Positions 62,455 to 64,000 of a stretch of 64,000 nt of DNA are shown one piece after another. A program made the position numbers and the translations under genes. The stretch comes from Carcharhinus longimanus (lineage: Eukaryota): positions 94,311,352 to 94,375,351 of the forward strand of contig JASCQW010000162.1 in NCBI GenBank assembly GCA_030264375.1, given 5' to 3'. The notes below the pieces were generated by a model. It was not told where the DNA came from and ran no database searches. It saw nothing but the letters and a program-made list of their open reading frames with translations. The stretch's first letter is position 1; each line of letters begins with the position of its first letter.

Positions 62455-64000
62455 TTTATTCATTCTTGGAATGTGAGAGTCATTGGAAAGACCAGAATTT
62501 ACTGCCCATCCCTAATTGCTCTTGAAAAGATGCTGGAGCACTGCCCTCTTAAAGCACTGCATTCCATGTGATGTGGGTATACACACAGCGAGGGAGTTCC
62601 TGGATTTTGACCCAATGACAATGAAGAAACGCCAATATGTTTCCAATTTAGGGCAGTGTGTGACCTGGGGAGGATCTTGTAAATGATCATATTTCTGCCA
62701 CCTTTTTCTTTCCAGCTTGGTCAACTGCATGGAAAATGCTGTCAAAGAAGCCTTGGCAAGTTGCTGCAAAGCAGCTTGTAATGATGCACACTGCTGCCTA
62801 TGTGCACCAATGGTGGAAGGCATGAATGATTACATGGCAGATAGAATGTCATCATGGAAGTTGCTTTGTCTTGAAAGGTGTAGATGTTTTTGAGTGTTGT
62901 TGGAGCTGCACTAATCCTGGAAAGTGGAGAGGTTTCCATTACACATATGAGTTGTACCTTGGAGGTACAGTTCAGGCTTTGCGGAGTCAAAAGATGAGTT
63001 ACTCACTGCTGAATTCCCAGCTTCTGATTTGTGGCTGCAGTAAATGTATATATAGCCGGTGCAGTTAGGTTTGTCAATGATAATCCCCAGAATATTGATC
63101 ATGTGCGATTCGATGATGGTAATGCTGCTGAATGTCAAATAGAACTGATTAGATTGCATTGAAAGTGGTTGTTGCCTGGCACTTCTATGGCACAAATGTT
63201 ACTTGCCACTTATCAGCTCAAGCCTCAATGTTGTCCAAGTCTTCTTGCACATTGACATGGACTGCTTCAGTATCTGATGAGTTGGAAATGGAATTGAACA
63301 CTGCAATAGTCAGTGAATACCCCAATTCTTGATGGGAAGCGGGAAGTACACTGATGAAGCAACTGTTAAAGTTTACTTATTAGTGTCACAAGTAGGCTTA
63401 CATTTATACTGCAATGACGTTACTGTGAAAATCTCCTAGTTGCCATACTCTGGTGTCTGTTCGGGTACACTGAGGGAGAATTTAGCATGGCCAATTCACC
63501 TAATCTGCAGACCTTTGGACTGCGAGATGAAACCTGAGCATCCAGAGGAAACGCATGNNNNNNNNNNNNNNNNNNNNNNNNNNNNNNNNNNNNNNNNNNN
63601 NNNNNNNNNNNNNNNNNNNNNNNNNNNNNNNNNNNNNNNNNNNNNNNNNNNNNNNNNNNNNNNNNNNNNNNNNNNNNNNNNNNNNNNNNNNNNNNNNNNN
63701 NNNNNNNNNNNNNNNNNNNNNNNNNNNNNNNNNNNNNNNNNNNNNNNNNNNNNNNNNNNNNNNNNNNNNNNNNNNNNNNNNNNNNNNNNNNNNNNNNNNN
63801 NNNNNNNNNNNNNNNNNNNNNNNNNNNNNNNAGTGAAAAGCTGCCTTGATGTCAAGGGCAGTCAATCTCACCTCACCTCTGGAACTCATCTCCCTTGTCA
63901 TGTTTGGACCAAAACTGCAATTCAGACTGAGCATTGGTGGGCAAATTGTTGCCAAGTCAGTGCCTCTTAATAGCATTGTCAACAACACCTCCCATCACTT
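62455..64000 (-). mobile_element. Non-LTR retrotransposon RT/3' region with nested HE1 SINE (~63370-63557)
   Basis: RGEVRLTALDIKAAF, TPQSL and AAPTTLKN..TFQDKA; tail GCAATTAGGGATGGGCAGTAAAT on the minus strand. Confidence 0.8.

Overview
Vertebrate genomic DNA, most likely a shark or other elasmobranch, judging by abundant HE1/V-SINE-type tRNA SINEs, Deu-type SINEs, CR1/L2/Rex1 LINE remnants and Harbinger-type MITEs. The window is gapped or masked with N runs and is mostly decayed transposable elements; I see no intact protein-coding gene. The main non-repeat signal is a multi-exon prokineticin (PROK2/Bv8-like) pseudogene on the + strand. Exon 2 (49516-49636) has a Trp->TGA stop and a net 5-bp frameshifting loss. 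The terminal exon (~59731-59865) has a Cys->Tyr change, a premature TAG and an apparently lost acceptor. The signal-peptide/AVITG exon was not found. Other notable items: an element headed by two U2 snRNA 5' fragments followed by twin hairpins (46905-47145); an inverted pair of Tx1-like LINE 3' fragments; Penelope-like foldback inserts with 14-15 bp target duplications and a partial hammerhead motif; a LINE whose 5' end is a tRNA-SINE-like head; and a tRNA-Thr pseudogene. All family assignments come from visual inspection and remembered reference sequences, not database searches, and repeat boundaries are approximate.
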